From: an uncultured Eubacteriales bacterium
GTDB taxonomy: Bacteria > Actinomycetota > Coriobacteriia > Anaerosomatales > PHET01
DNA length: 52,707 nucleotides
Assembly: GCA_964500985.1 (NCBI GenBank)
Contig: CAZCRB010000006.1
Span: forward strand, 1-52,707
Direction: 5' to 3'
Part shown: piece after piece, positions 9,827 through 18,704 of the stretch
Position numbering within the stretch: the stretch's first letter is position 1
How the letters are laid out: each line of letters begins with the position of its first letter
Made by a program: the position numbers and the translations under genes
The notes under the pieces: generated by a model
Database searches by the model: none
What the model saw: only the letters and a program-made list of their open reading frames with translations
What the model was told of the DNA's origin: nothing

Positions 9827-10357
9827 TCACTGCGAAGACGCGAGGCCAACGTCGCCGACGAGCAGCACACGCGCTTCGCCGGCTGCCAGGTCGAGCACAT
9901 CGGCAACCACGCTGTGCTTCGCGGAGGCCTTCTGGCTCACAGGGGCAGCCTTCTCGGTGCCCTCGGAAAGATCAACGTACGTCGCCTTGCCTGCAGGCGC
10001 CATATCAAAGGCGGCACCCGCGATGGCCCTGATCCGCGACGGCGAACCAAGAGCACTCTGGCGGACCTCGAGCATATCGCCTTCGTAGCGCTGTGTCTTG
10101 ATGGCGCTGCGCATCTCGTTGGCCTTCATCGACGCTTCTGCCGCCTGAACGGACAGCCAGACGCGCCCGATTCCGAGCAGTGCGACGACGGCCGCGACGA
10201 TCGTGAACATCTGGAAGGCCTGCAGGCAAGCTGCCTGGGCCGCGGCCGACGAGCGGCGCTTGGGGGCCGGACGACGCGACGCGGGCGGGACCACGGACAG
10301 GTGCGACTTGCGAGTACGGGTGTGCTGCGTATCGATCTTACGCGCAGGTAGTCCCAT
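9827..10357 (-). CDS. ftsL: FtsL-like septum formation initiator (bitopic cell-division protein)
   Basis: 176 aa. It has a basic cytoplasmic N-tail, a single TM helix (FTIVAAVVALLGIGRVWLSV) and a periplasmic coiled-coil/leucine-zipper-like segment. It sits between rsmH and ftsI, where ftsL is expected. A strong GGAGGAGG SD precedes the ATG. Confidence 0.6.
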   Translation of the reverse strand: MGLPARKIDTQHTRTRKSHLSVVPPASRRPAPKRRSSAAAQAACLQAFQMFTIVAAVVALLGIGRVWLSVQAAEASMKANEMRSAIKTQRYEGDMLEVRQSALGSPSRIRAIAGAAFDMAPAGKATYVDLSEGTEKAAPVSQKASAKHSVVADVLDLAAGEARVLLVGDVGLASSQ

Positions 10358-10399
10358 GCTCGTGCCTCCTCCCGTGTCCGCGCCGGCTCGTCCGGCGAC

Positions 10400-11350
10400 C
10401 TACAACTTCTCTGCGACGCGCAGCTTGGCGCTGCGCGATCGGGGGTTCTCTTCGATCTCTTGCGGGCCCGGAACCACCGCTTTGCGCGTGAGGATCCGGA
10501 CGACCGGCTGGCGTCCGCACGTGCAGACCGGCAGGTCTGGCGGACACTCACACCCACTGGCGAGCTCGGTGAACACACGCTTGACGATGCGGTCCTCGAG
10601 CGAGTGGTAGCTGATGACCGCCACGCGTCCTTTGGGTGCGAGCCACCGGATGGCGGCCCGCAGGCCGCGTTCCAGGGCCCCAAGCTCGTCGTTGACCTCT
10701 ATGCGCAACGCCTGGAAGGTCTTCTTCGCCGGGTGGCCGCCACTGCGCCGCGCGGACGCGGGAACGGCGGCCTTGATGACGTCGACGAGCTCTCCGGTCG
10801 TCTCGATGGGGCGGCGGGCGCGCGCGGCTACGATGAATGCTGCGATGCGCGACGCCCACCGTTCCTCACCGAATTCACGGATGATCCGGGCGAGGTCGGC
10901 TTCGGTGTAGTCTGCGATGACCTCTGCTGCGGTGTGGGTCTGATGACCCGGATCCATCCTCATGTCCAGCGGGGCGTCGTTCTTGAACGAGAACCCCCGC
11001 TCTGCCATGTCTAGCTGCGGAGACGAGACTCCGAGGTCCATCAGGACCCCGTCGGCGTACGGGATTCTCGCTTCGACCAACACGTCGTCGAGATCCCCGA
11101 AGTTGCCCTTCACGAGCACCGTCTTCGCTGGAGGTATTTGCCGGCCGAGGCGTAGTGCGACAGATGCTGCTTCAAGTGCTGCGTCATCTTGGTCGATGCC
11201 CACGAGAATCCCCGTGGGAGCTATGAGGTCTACAAGCCGCTTCGCGTGTCCTGCCCCGCCTAAGGTGCAATCGACGACGATCGAACCGGGGTGCGGCGAT
11301 AGGTGCTGTGTGACCTCGGCCAGCAAAACTGGGGTGTGCCGGTATTCCAT
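10400..11350 (-). CDS. rsmH: 16S rRNA (cytosine1402-N4)-methyltransferase RsmH (MraW)
   Basis: Has the SAM-binding GGAGHAKRL motif and HTPVLL near the N-terminus. The track start is a TTG at 11356. The ATG at 11350 (MEYRHTPVLL) fits the family N-terminus, with an AGGGA SD 6 nt upstream and 10 nt after the mraZ stop. Confidence 0.9.
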   Translation of the reverse strand: MEYRHTPVLLAEVTQHLSPHPGSIVVDCTLGGAGHAKRLVDLIAPTGILVGIDQDDAALEAASVALRLGRQIPPAKTVLVKGNFGDLDDVLVEARIPYADGVLMDLGVSSPQLDMAERGFSFKNDAPLDMRMDPGHQTHTAAEVIADYTEADLARIIREFGEERWASRIAAFIVAARARRPIETTGELVDVIKAAVPASARRSGGHPAKKTFQALRIEVNDELGALERGLRAAIRWLAPKGRVAVISYHSLEDRIVKRVFTELASGCECPPDLPVCTCGRQPVVRILTRKAVVPGPQEIEENPRSRSAKLRVAEKL

Positions 11351-11359
11351 TTTCAATCC

Positions 11360-11794
11360 CTACAGGAGTCCGGCGTTGGCCAGCTCCTGGGCAAGGTCTT
11401 CGATCTTCTCGGTGGACGCACCGTTGTACTCGCCCCACGCCCCCGCATCCCAGATCTCGATACGGTTGCCGTTGCCGGTGACGGCCACGTCCTTGTTCAA
11501 GCCGGCGTACTCGCGCAGGTTCGCCGGGAGCGACACGCGCCCCGCCGAATCGAGCTCGGTCTCAACGGCTCCCGAGGTGAAGAACCGCCTGAGCTGGCGC
11601 TTCCTCGGGTCGAAGTCCGAACCCGCGAGAAGGTCTGCGACGAAACGGGCGTACTCCTCGGCGGGATAGACGTACAGACACTCGTCAAGGCCCTTGGCGA
11701 CGACGATCCTGCCTGTCATCTCGGCCCGGAACTTTGCAGGCAGAGATACGCGCCCCTTGGCGTCCAGCGTGTGCTGGTGATCGCCGAGAAACAT
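11360..11794 (-). CDS. mraZ: Transcriptional regulator MraZ
   Basis: 144 aa with the duplicated MraZ/SpoVT-AbrB-like halves (MFLGDHQHTLDAKGRVSLPAKFR ... DSAGRVSLPANLREYAG). It is the first gene of the dcw cluster. Confidence 0.9.
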   Translation of the reverse strand: MFLGDHQHTLDAKGRVSLPAKFRAEMTGRIVVAKGLDECLYVYPAEEYARFVADLLAGSDFDPRKRQLRRFFTSGAVETELDSAGRVSLPANLREYAGLNKDVAVTGNGNRIEIWDAGAWGEYNGASTEKIEDLAQELANAGLL

Positions 11795-11863
11795 CCCGCC
11801 TCGCTTCCGTCTCCCCGTCTCTGGAGTGGCCCCGCCTCTGCCGAACCCCTCCCTACGCTCGCC

Positions 11864-11892
11864 ATGCTATGACACTTCATCCCACATTGCAA
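11864..11892 (-). promoter_or_regulatory. Candidate dcw (Pmra) promoter with overlapping MraZ-type repeats
   Basis: On the minus strand the sequence reads TTGCAA(-35), a 17-nt spacer, then TAGCAT(-10), about 65 nt upstream of the mraZ ATG. The spacer and flank carry TGGGA-N5-TGTCA-N5-TGGCG, three pentamers on a 10-bp period that resemble the TGGGN-N5 MraZ operator architecture. No experimental support. Confidence 0.35.
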
Positions 11893-12056
11893 CCCTCTCA
11901 TGGGATTTCATAACACCATCGCGACACCTCATGTCACCGCGCTCCCCCGTGAACCAATGCGCCACATCGGACGTCTTAGTAGGTGCGGGCGACAAAGCCC
12001 GGTTCGAGAAGCGGTGGCAAACCGTGTAGGGCCAAGCGAGTCAGAGCAGGAGACGT

Positions 12057-12086
12057 TTGCCCAGCGGCGAACGGTGCGGGTAGAAT
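12057..12086 (+). promoter_or_regulatory. Candidate sigma-70-type promoter for the plus-strand unit (small ORF + DUF4349 operon)
   Basis: TTGCCC(-35), an 18-nt spacer, then TAGAAT(-10), about 45 nt upstream of the small ORF ATG at 12130. Confidence 0.35.
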
Positions 12087-12129
12087 CCGATGAGCGAACC
12101 CGACTGTTACGCGGAGGTGAACGGATCAC

Positions 12130-12261
12130 ATGACCCCGAACTGGCCTGCATCGGTCGTATGGGTGCTCGTCCTGGCTTTCTTTGCGGTAGTCGCGATCGG
12201 CATCGGCCTTCTCGCCTACGCGGCAAACGCTCTGAAGAAGAGCGAGCAGAAGGCCGCCTGA
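12130..12261 (+). CDS. Unannotated small membrane protein (43 aa, single TM)
   Basis: An ATG..TGA ORF encoding MTPNWPASVVWVLVLAFFAVVAIGIGLLAYAANALKKSEQKAA. It has one clear TM helix and a positively charged C-terminus. GC3 is about 79%, higher than the overlapping 90-aa track ORF in the other frame. A GGAGG SD lies about 12 nt upstream (the spacing is long). It is not in the ORF track, which appears to cut off at 60 aa. Confidence 0.35.
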   Translation: MTPNWPASVVWVLVLAFFAVVAIGIGLLAYAANALKKSEQKAA

Positions 12262-12361
12262 CGGCGACACCCGAGTCACGCTTGAACGAACCGGCGTCCT
12301 CAGCCCGTACCGCGGCGAGGACGTCTTCGTTTATCGGGCACGACGAGAGGGAGTGGGACTG

Positions 12362-13387
12362 ATGAGACAGGGTCTTCGAGGGGCCGGCAAGATCGCCGTA
12401 CTGATCGTCGTGGCCGTGGCGCTTGTCGGCGCGGGGTATGTGCTCGCGAGCCGCACGATCGCGCCCGTCTCGCAGAGCCGGACCTCCGGATCGACCACCG
12501 CGTCCTACGACATGGGCGGTGTGCCCGCCGCGATCAAGCCCGGTGCGGCTGACAAGGCCGCGCAAGGGGTGGGTGGCGCCATGCCGACCGCGGAGAGCGT
12601 CTCGCCCGCCGCTACCGCTACCTCCGGCCAGGTCGTCGTGCGCACCGGCGCGATGGAGCTGCGGGTCACAGACGCCGAGAAGTCGCTCGCCAAACTCAGG
12701 ACGATCGCCGCGGGGCAGGGCGGCGAGGTCACCGACGCGAACCTCTCCAGTGGTGCGGGCGGACAACCCGTCCCCCTGACCGCGGAGTCGGCGACGCCGG
12801 TTCCGTCGACCGCTTGGGCCACGATCCGCGTGCCCGCCGAGAACCTCGACGCGCTGGTCAAGTCGGTATCTGAGCTCGGCACCGTGGTGTCGGTATCGGT
12901 CCAGGCAAGCGACGTCACCGAGCAGGCGATTGACCTTGAGGCGAGGCTGACGAACCTGCGCGCAGAGGAGGTGCGCCTGCGCGAGCTGCTCGACCGCGCG
13001 GTGAAGGTCGAAGACGTCCTTGCCGTCGACCGCGAACTGGCGCGTGTGCGCGGCGAGGTCGAATCACTCGATGCGCAACTGACGTACCTGAAGCGCCAGG
13101 CCGCGCGGGCGACTCTCACGGTCACCCTGTCCGAGCCGGCTCCTATCACCGGGACTCAGGGAGGCTGGCGGCTGCGCGAGGCGATCGCCGCCGGTTTCGC
13201 GGGTGCTCAGGCGCTCCTCGCGTTGTTCGTGACCGCGGCCATCGCCATTTCCCCGCTGCTGCTGATCGGCCTTCTGGGCTGGGCAGTGGTCCGGCTCGTC
13301 AGGAAGCGCCGCAGCGACACGGAATCCTCGGAAGCGCCGCGGGCGACCGATGAACCCGACACCGCGACCCGAGATGACGCCGAATGA
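12362..13387 (+). CDS. DUF4349-like membrane-anchored coiled-coil protein
   Basis: It has an N-terminal TM/signal anchor and a Thr/Ala/Gly-rich linker. The central region matches my recollection of DUF4349 (IRVPAENLDALVKSV...DVTEQAIDLEARLTNLRAEEVRLRELLDRA...VDRELARVRGEVESLDAQL...TLTVTLSE). A C-terminal TM helix follows. The ATG at 12362 is preceded by GAGAGGGAG plus 8 nt. The track GTG at 12353 is the alternative start. Confidence 0.75.
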   Translation: MRQGLRGAGKIAVLIVVAVALVGAGYVLASRTIAPVSQSRTSGSTTASYDMGGVPAAIKPGAADKAAQGVGGAMPTAESVSPAATATSGQVVVRTGAMELRVTDAEKSLAKLRTIAAGQGGEVTDANLSSGAGGQPVPLTAESATPVPSTAWATIRVPAENLDALVKSVSELGTVVSVSVQASDVTEQAIDLEARLTNLRAEEVRLRELLDRAVKVEDVLAVDRELARVRGEVESLDAQLTYLKRQAARATLTVTLSEPAPITGTQGGWRLREAIAAGFAGAQALLALFVTAAIAISPLLLIGLLGWAVVRLVRKRRSDTESSEAPRATDEPDTATRDDAE

Positions 13388-13641
13388 TCCCGCGCCCGCG
13401 CGTCCGAATCGCGATCTGGGTCGCGGCGCTCATCGTCGGCGGCGCCTACCTCATCCGCTCGGTGGTGCTGCGCGGCGGCGATTTCTCGCTGGACGCGGCC
13501 GACGTGACGGCGCTAGTCGTCTTCGTCGCGGGGGCCGCGCTCGTCGGATGGAGCCGTATCCGAGACGCGCGCGAGACGCGCAGCGACGAAGCGGCCGCTG
13601 AACGACACGACGAAAACGCCGAGCCCCGCGACGACCGGTAG
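13384..13641 (+). CDS. Small two-TM membrane protein, translationally coupled to the DUF4349 gene
   Basis: Its ATG overlaps the upstream stop (ATGA). 85 aa with two hydrophobic helices and an acidic C-tail. GC3 is about 88% in this frame, versus about 70% for the competing minus-strand ORFs. Confidence 0.5.
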   Translation: MIPRPRVRIAIWVAALIVGGAYLIRSVVLRGGDFSLDAADVTALVVFVAGAALVGWSRIRDARETRSDEAAAERHDENAEPRDDR

Positions 13642-13768
13642 AACCACCAGTTCGGTGGCGTCGAGTGCACGCGCGCCCGGCGCCCCGGAACCACTCACCA
13701 CGGTGAGGTAGGCGCCCAAGGCCACGCCGATGGCGGCGCCCGCCGCCCATGTCAGCGACCACAGAGCA

Positions 13769-13799
13769 GCCGGGCCGGGCCGGAAGGGCCGGCCCCGGC
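13769..13799 (-). terminator. GC-rich hairpin immediately 3' of the ABC permease gene (putative operon terminator)
   Basis: GCCGGGCCGGGCCGG-AAG-GGCCGGCCCCGGC sits just after the TAG at 13803. It is followed on the minus strand by a moderately U-rich stretch (UGCUCUGUGGU). This is a weak intrinsic-terminator signature. Confidence 0.35.
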
Positions 13800-13802
13800 T
13801 CA

Positions 13803-14759
13803 CTACCCCTTCTCCTTGTACGGCTTGCCGACGCTTGCGGGGGCGACCGCCTTGCCGACAACGCCGGCGAGCACGATGACCGTTAGCAGGTACGGAAGCA
13901 TCAAGAAGAACTGCGGCGGGATCTTGATCACGTTGCTGAACAGCTGCAGCTTGAGCTGCAGGGCGTCCGCGAACCCGAAGAGGAGCGAAGCGAGGTACGC
14001 GCCGCCGGGGATCCACCGGCCGAAGATGTTGGCCGCAAGCGCGATGAAACCGCGTCCGTTCGTCATGTTCTCGGTGAAGGAGCCGACCTGCTCAAGCGTG
14101 AGGTTGGCGCCCGCGAGCCCACTCATGAAGCCCGAGATGAGCACTGCCACCCAGCGCCCGCGCAGCACGTTGACGCCGACCGTGTCGGCGGCGCGCGGAT
14201 GCTCGCCCAGCGCGCGCAATCTCAGTCCCCACCGGGTGCGGTACAGCATCCATGTGAGCAGGATCGCCGAGAAGATGCCCATGTAGACGATCGGGGTGTA
14301 GCTGAGGAACACGACGTCGATCCACGTCCAGATCCGCCCCAGCACACCGGGGCCGCCCGTCGGGAAGTTGAACACCGGCGGAATCGTGTCGACGGAGTCG
14401 GTCGTTCCTGGCCGACCAAAGATGGTCTCCATCAGAAAGCCCGTGATGCCTACCGCAAGGATGTTGATCGCGGTGCCGGAGATGACCTGGTCCGCCCTCA
14501 GATTGATCGATGCCCACGCGTGAAGTGCGGAGAAGATGACCGCCGCCAGCACGGCACCAAAGACCCCGAGCCACGTACTGCCGGTCAGCAGCGCCACCGC
14601 GACACCGGCGAACGAGGCCACCAGCATGAGGCCTTCCATGGCGATATTGACGATGCCGGACCGCTCGCAGATCGAAGCGCCCACGGCGGCGAGTGCGATC
14701 GGCGTGGCCAACCGTACCGCAGAGGCGAACAGCTCGGGAGTGATGATCTCGTTAAGCAC
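13803..14759 (-). CDS. Nucleoside/BMP-type ABC transporter permease (second permease)
   Basis: 318 aa, polytopic, typical of the BMP/PnrA-associated ABC permease family. Overlaps the upstream permease gene by 8 nt. Confidence 0.9.
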   Translation of the reverse strand: MLNEIITPELFASAVRLATPIALAAVGASICERSGIVNIAMEGLMLVASFAGVAVALLTGSTWLGVFGAVLAAVIFSALHAWASINLRADQVISGTAINILAVGITGFLMETIFGRPGTTDSVDTIPPVFNFPTGGPGVLGRIWTWIDVVFLSYTPIVYMGIFSAILLTWMLYRTRWGLRLRALGEHPRAADTVGVNVLRGRWVAVLISGFMSGLAGANLTLEQVGSFTENMTNGRGFIALAANIFGRWIPGGAYLASLLFGFADALQLKLQLFSNVIKIPPQFFLMLPYLLTVIVLAGVVGKAVAPASVGKPYKEKG

Positions 14760-15927
14760 GGGTCGCCCCCTTACTCCTGCGAGCCTTGTTGACGACCCAG
14801 GTCACGATCGTCTCCGCTCCCACCAAGAAGATGATCGTTCCCTGAATGATCGAGATGACCTTCTGACTGACGCCGGCCTCGAGCTGCATCGTTCCGGCAC
14901 CGGCGGACAGCGCTCCGAACAAGACCGCCGAGGCCAACACGCCGATCGGGTTGTTCTTCGCGAGCAGGGCAACGGCGATACCCGTGAACCCGAACCCCGA
15001 CGAGAACTGGTCGAAGAGTCGGTAGTGGACCCCCATGACCTCGACGGCGCCCGCGAGTCCTGCGAGCGCGCCCGAGAGACACAGCGACTTGATGATCGTC
15101 GCTGAGACAGAGATCCCGCCGGTCTCGGAAGCGGTCGGGTTGAAGCCGACGGCGCGTGCCTCATAGCCGAGGACCGTGTACTTGAGGATCCACCACACGA
15201 ACACCGCGACGATCGCCCCCAGCACGATGCCGAGGTGCGCGCGGTTCTGCCCCACGAACGGAAGCACGTCCGAGATCCGCGGCAGGATGCTGTTCACCGG
15301 AAGTTGGGGCGTCTGGGGAATGGCGCCCTTGTCCTTGAACGGCCCGGTGATGATCCAAGAGACGAGATAGCGCCCGATGTAGGTGAACATCATGGTGGTG
15401 ATGACCTCGTGCGCGCCAAGCCGGGCCTTCATGAGGGCCGGTATGAACGCCCACGCCGCGCCGGCGAGCGCCGCACACAGCACCGCCGAAGGCGCCGCGA
15501 TCGCCCAGGGCAGTCCGCCCAGCTGCACGCCCACGAAGGCGGCGGCGAGCCCACCGAGGAACAGCTGCCCTTCAGCTCCGATGTTGAACAGACCCGCACG
15601 GAATCCGTAGGCGACCGCGAGTCCGGTGAACACGAGCGGTGTCGCGCGCAGCAGGGTCTCCCCTATCTGCCGCGGGCCCCCGAACGCGCCATAGAACATC
15701 GCCGAGAACGCCTCAACCGGGCTCTTGCCCGAGAGCAGGATCACGACCGACCCGATGAGCAGTGCGATAGCGACCGAGATGAACGGGGTCGCGATCTTGA
15801 TGGCGCGATCGATGCGCTGCTGCTCAAGGACGTAGCGCTTCTCCTCGGCCTCCCGCGCCTCGAGATCCGCCATCACTTCTTCCGGGGTCGGCTGCGTCTC
15901 CATCGGCGAACGGGGATCGTCAGGCAT
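14752..15927 (-). CDS. Nucleoside/BMP-type ABC transporter permease (first permease)
   Basis: Polytopic membrane protein. The ATG at 15927 is preceded by GGAGG plus a 6-nt spacer and overlaps the ATPase stop by 8 nt. The longer track ORF (to 15981) would overlap the ATPase by 60 nt. Confidence 0.9.
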   Translation of the reverse strand: MPDDPRSPMETQPTPEEVMADLEAREAEEKRYVLEQQRIDRAIKIATPFISVAIALLIGSVVILLSGKSPVEAFSAMFYGAFGGPRQIGETLLRATPLVFTGLAVAYGFRAGLFNIGAEGQLFLGGLAAAFVGVQLGGLPWAIAAPSAVLCAALAGAAWAFIPALMKARLGAHEVITTMMFTYIGRYLVSWIITGPFKDKGAIPQTPQLPVNSILPRISDVLPFVGQNRAHLGIVLGAIVAVFVWWILKYTVLGYEARAVGFNPTASETGGISVSATIIKSLCLSGALAGLAGAVEVMGVHYRLFDQFSSGFGFTGIAVALLAKNNPIGVLASAVLFGALSAGAGTMQLEAGVSQKVISIIQGTIIFLVGAETIVTWVVNKARRSKGATRA

Positions 15928-17530
15928 CGGTGGCCTCCGGTCCCTCAGCGCTCGGTGACTGCTCGCGACCCGTGCCGCCACCGGTCATGAAGATGCCGAG
16001 CTCCTCTTCGCTCACCGATCCCCCCTCGAACTCTGCGACGACGCGCCCCTCGTACATGACGAGGATGCGGTCGGACAGCGACATCACTTCCTCGAGCTCC
16101 ATGCTGACGAGCAGCACGGCCTTGCCCTGGTCGCGCTCCGCGAGGATACGGCGGTGGACGAACTCGATCGCGCCGACGTCGAGCCCACGTGTGGGCTGAG
16201 CGGCGATCAGCAGGTCGGGGTTTCGTCCCAGCTCCCGGGCGAGCACGAGCTTCTGCTGGTTGCCGCCAGACAGATTGGCGGCCGCGACGTTGGGGCTCGG
16301 GGTCCTCACGTCGTACGCCGCGATCCGCTCCTTGGCCACGCGGTCCATGGCCTTTCGGTCGAGGACTCCGTAGCGCGAGAACTCGCGGGTGTGCTGATCG
16401 CCGAGCATGACGTTCTCGATAAGATCGAAATCGAGCACGAGCCCGCGACGGTGGCGATCCGCGGGTACGTGCGATACGCCAGCCTTGATGGTCTTCGCGG
16501 GGTCATCGTGGGTGATGTCCTTGCCGCGCAGTGAGACGGTCCCAGCCGAGGGCCTTCGCAACCCCACGATGGACTCGATGAGCTCGCTCTGTCCGTTTCC
16601 GTCGACGCCCGCGATACCGACGATCTCACCCTCGTGCACCTCGAGCGACACGCCGCGCAGCGCTTCGAGCTTCCGGTCGTCGAGCGCGGAGAGGTCATCG
16701 ACCTTCAGAACCACCTCGCCCGGCGTCGAGGGCGCCTTCTCCACCCGCAACACGACGTCGCGACCGACCATCATCCGCGCAAGCCCCTCTTCGGAGCAGC
16801 GGCTCGGCGCGGTCTCACCCACGACGCGACCCGCTCGCATGACGACGATCCGGTCGGCGAACGCCATGACCTCGTCGAGTTTGTGCGTGATGATGACGAC
16901 CGCGAGGCCCTCGCGTACCAGCTCCCGGACGATCTCGAAGAGCTCCGTGACCTCCTGTGGCGTCAAGACCGCGGTGGGCTCATCGAGAATCAGGATGCGC
17001 GCGTCGCGGAAGAGGGCTTTGAGTATCTCGACACGCTGCTGCATGCCGACGGAGAGGTCCATCACACGGGCGTCGGGCTCAACCTTCAGCCCGTAGCGCT
17101 CGGACAGCTCCACGACCCGCTCACGTGCCGCAGAGCGATCGATCACTCCGCCCGGACCGGCGGGCTCCTGCCCCAAGACGATGTTCTCGGTAACCGTGAG
17201 GGGCTCCACGAGCATGAAGTGCTGGTGAACCATCCCAACCCGCAATGCGATGGCATCGCGCGGGGCTCGGATGTTGACCACTTCGCCGCCTACGACTATC
17301 TCGCCGGAATCCGCGTCGAGCAGGCCGTAGGCGACGTTCATGAGTGTGGACTTGCCGGCACCGTTCTCGCCGAGGAGCGCGAGCACTTCACCGGGGGCGA
17401 CGTCGATGGAGACGTCTTCGTTGGCGAGAACACCAGGAAACCTCTTGGTGATATGCCTGAGTTCGAGAATCGGCGTGCGGCCGGGGTCTGCGGCCGCGAA
17501 GTCGCAGGCGGCGGTCGGCTCAGAAGGCAT
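15920..17530 (-). CDS. ABC transporter ATP-binding protein with two fused NBDs (nucleoside/simple-sugar type)
   Basis: Two Walker A sites ([18 protein letters not shown]) and two ABC signatures ([18 protein letters not shown]). The ATG at 17530 has a GGGAG SD with a 5-nt spacer. The ATG at 17542 lacks an SD. Confidence 0.9.
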   Translation of the reverse strand: MPSEPTAACDFAAADPGRTPILELRHITKRFPGVLANEDVSIDVAPGEVLALLGENGAGKSTLMNVAYGLLDADSGEIVVGGEVVNIRAPRDAIALRVGMVHQHFMLVEPLTVTENIVLGQEPAGPGGVIDRSAARERVVELSERYGLKVEPDARVMDLSVGMQQRVEILKALFRDARILILDEPTAVLTPQEVTELFEIVRELVREGLAVVIITHKLDEVMAFADRIVVMRAGRVVGETAPSRCSEEGLARMMVGRDVVLRVEKAPSTPGEVVLKVDDLSALDDRKLEALRGVSLEVHEGEIVGIAGVDGNGQSELIESIVGLRRPSAGTVSLRGKDITHDDPAKTIKAGVSHVPADRHRRGLVLDFDLIENVMLGDQHTREFSRYGVLDRKAMDRVAKERIAAYDVRTPSPNVAAANLSGGNQQKLVLARELGRNPDLLIAAQPTRGLDVGAIEFVHRRILAERDQGKAVLLVSMELEEVMSLSDRILVMYEGRVVAEFEGGSVSEEELGIFMTGGGTGREQSPSAEGPEATDA

Positions 17531-17562
17531 CGGTGCTCCCATCGGCTGAAACCGGGCACCGG

Positions 17563-17592
17563 GGGCCCGGCGGGTCGCAACCCGCCGGGCCC
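17563..17592 (-). terminator. Perfect 12-bp GC stem-loop between the SBP and ATPase genes (possible intra-operon attenuator or partial terminator)
   Basis: GGGCCCGGCGGG-TCGCAA-CCCGCCGGGCCC, with only a short T-run after it on the minus strand. Such hairpins commonly uncouple SBP from ATPase/permease mRNA levels in ABC operons. Confidence 0.4.
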
Positions 17593-17611
17593 TCCAGGGC
17601 TCTACAGGATG

Positions 17612-18685
17612 CTACTGCTTGGTCTCGGGAACCGTGACGGTCCCGGCCTTGATCTCGTCGGTCGCCTTCTGGACGTTGTCCTTGACCTGCTGGGGCATCT
17701 TGCTCTCCCAGTCATGGTACGGCGCCAGGCCCACGCCGTCCTCGGTCAGCCCGAAGATGCGGTTCTGGCCGCCCTTGATCTTGCCGTCGACAGCGTCCTT
17801 GACGGTCAGGAACACCGCGTTGTCGACGCGCTTGATCGCCGAGGTCAGAATCGTGTCGCCGATGCCGTCGATCGTGTTGAACTGGTCGGCGTCGACACCG
17901 ATGAACAGAGCGTTGTTGTCCTTGGCTGCCTTCGCCGTGCCGTTGCCGGTCGCGCCTGCTGCTGCAAAGACGATGTCGGCGCCGCCCTCGATGAGGTTCT
18001 TGCCGGCCTCGATGCCCTTCTGCTGATCGCCGAAGGTGCCGGTGTAGATGCTCTTGACCTCAACGGCCGGATCGACCGACTTGACGCCGGCGATGAAGCC
18101 CGCTTCGAACTTCTGGACCGGCGGGATCTCCATGCCGCCCACGAAGCCGACGACCTTCTTGTCGTTGATGCGCGGGTCGACGTCGGTCATCGACGTCAGG
18201 GTCCCGGCCACGACACCGGCGAGGTAACCGGCCTCTTGCTCCTTGAAGTTCAGGCCGATGACGTTGTCGATCGTGGGATCGAAGAACTCATCGACGCCGC
18301 CGAAGATGACGTCCGGCGTGGCCGTCGACACCTTGCTCACGGTGTCGGTCATCAAGAAGCCGATCGCGAACAACGGGTTGTAGCCCGCGTTGGCGAGCTG
18401 CGTCAGGTTGCTCTCGTAGTCGGTCGGCTCCTTGGACTCGAGGTACTTGACCTCAACGCCCAGCTCCTTCTGCGCCCTCTGAAGACCCTGCCACGCGAGA
18501 TCGTTGAACGACTTGTCGCCGAGTCCGGCGGTGTCGGTGACCATTGCGGCCTTGACGTCCGTCTTGGGCGCGGTGCTCGTGTCAGTGCTGGTGGTCTTGC
18601 TCCCGCTGCTACATCCCACGGCGAGCGATGCGACCAGCGCAATGGCGAGAAGAAGCGCTACTGCCCTGCCCCATTTCGATCTCAC
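17612..18685 (-). CDS. BMP-family (PnrA/TmpC-like) ABC substrate-binding lipoprotein, probable nucleoside receptor
   Basis: 357 aa with a lipoprotein signal peptide and lipobox LAVGC. BMP-family fold motifs are present (MVTDTAGLGDKSFND, VGFVGG). A GTG start is preceded by GGAGGGAG plus 6 nt. Confidence 0.9.
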   Translation of the reverse strand: MRSKWGRAVALLLAIALVASLAVGCSSGSKTTSTDTSTAPKTDVKAAMVTDTAGLGDKSFNDLAWQGLQRAQKELGVEVKYLESKEPTDYESNLTQLANAGYNPLFAIGFLMTDTVSKVSTATPDVIFGGVDEFFDPTIDNVIGLNFKEQEAGYLAGVVAGTLTSMTDVDPRINDKKVVGFVGGMEIPPVQKFEAGFIAGVKSVDPAVEVKSIYTGTFGDQQKGIEAGKNLIEGGADIVFAAAGATGNGTAKAAKDNNALFIGVDADQFNTIDGIGDTILTSAIKRVDNAVFLTVKDAVDGKIKGGQNRIFGLTEDGVGLAPYHDWESKMPQQVKDNVQKATDEIKAGTVTVPETKQ

Positions 18686-18704
18686 TGAGATCTCCCTCCT
18701 CTAT

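Noticed and set aside
11826-12362. Track ORFs 11826..12029 +, 11900..12133 +, 11929..12279 - and 12090..12362 + in the mraZ/DUF4349 intergenic region
   Set aside because: They lie in a lower-GC promoter region with poor codon bias and no start context. The 90-aa ORF is out of frame with the better-supported 43-aa TM ORF.
12107-12766. 219-aa minus-strand ORF, plus 12423..12779 + and 12505..13149 -, overlapping the DUF4349 gene
   Set aside because: Low-complexity translations. The plus-strand frame starting at 12362 has the coding GC3 pattern, family-like coiled-coil sequence and a good SD.
13513-14016. 167-aa minus-strand ORF (also 13451..13861 -, 13446..13694 -) whose C-terminal half looks like a two-TM peptide
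   Set aside because: Its 5' half is an alternative frame of the ABC permease gene. Its 3' half overlaps the plus-strand 85-aa gene, whose frame has much higher GC3 (about 88% versus about 70%). The hydrophobic appearance is a by-product of reverse-complementing GC-rich hydrophobic codons.
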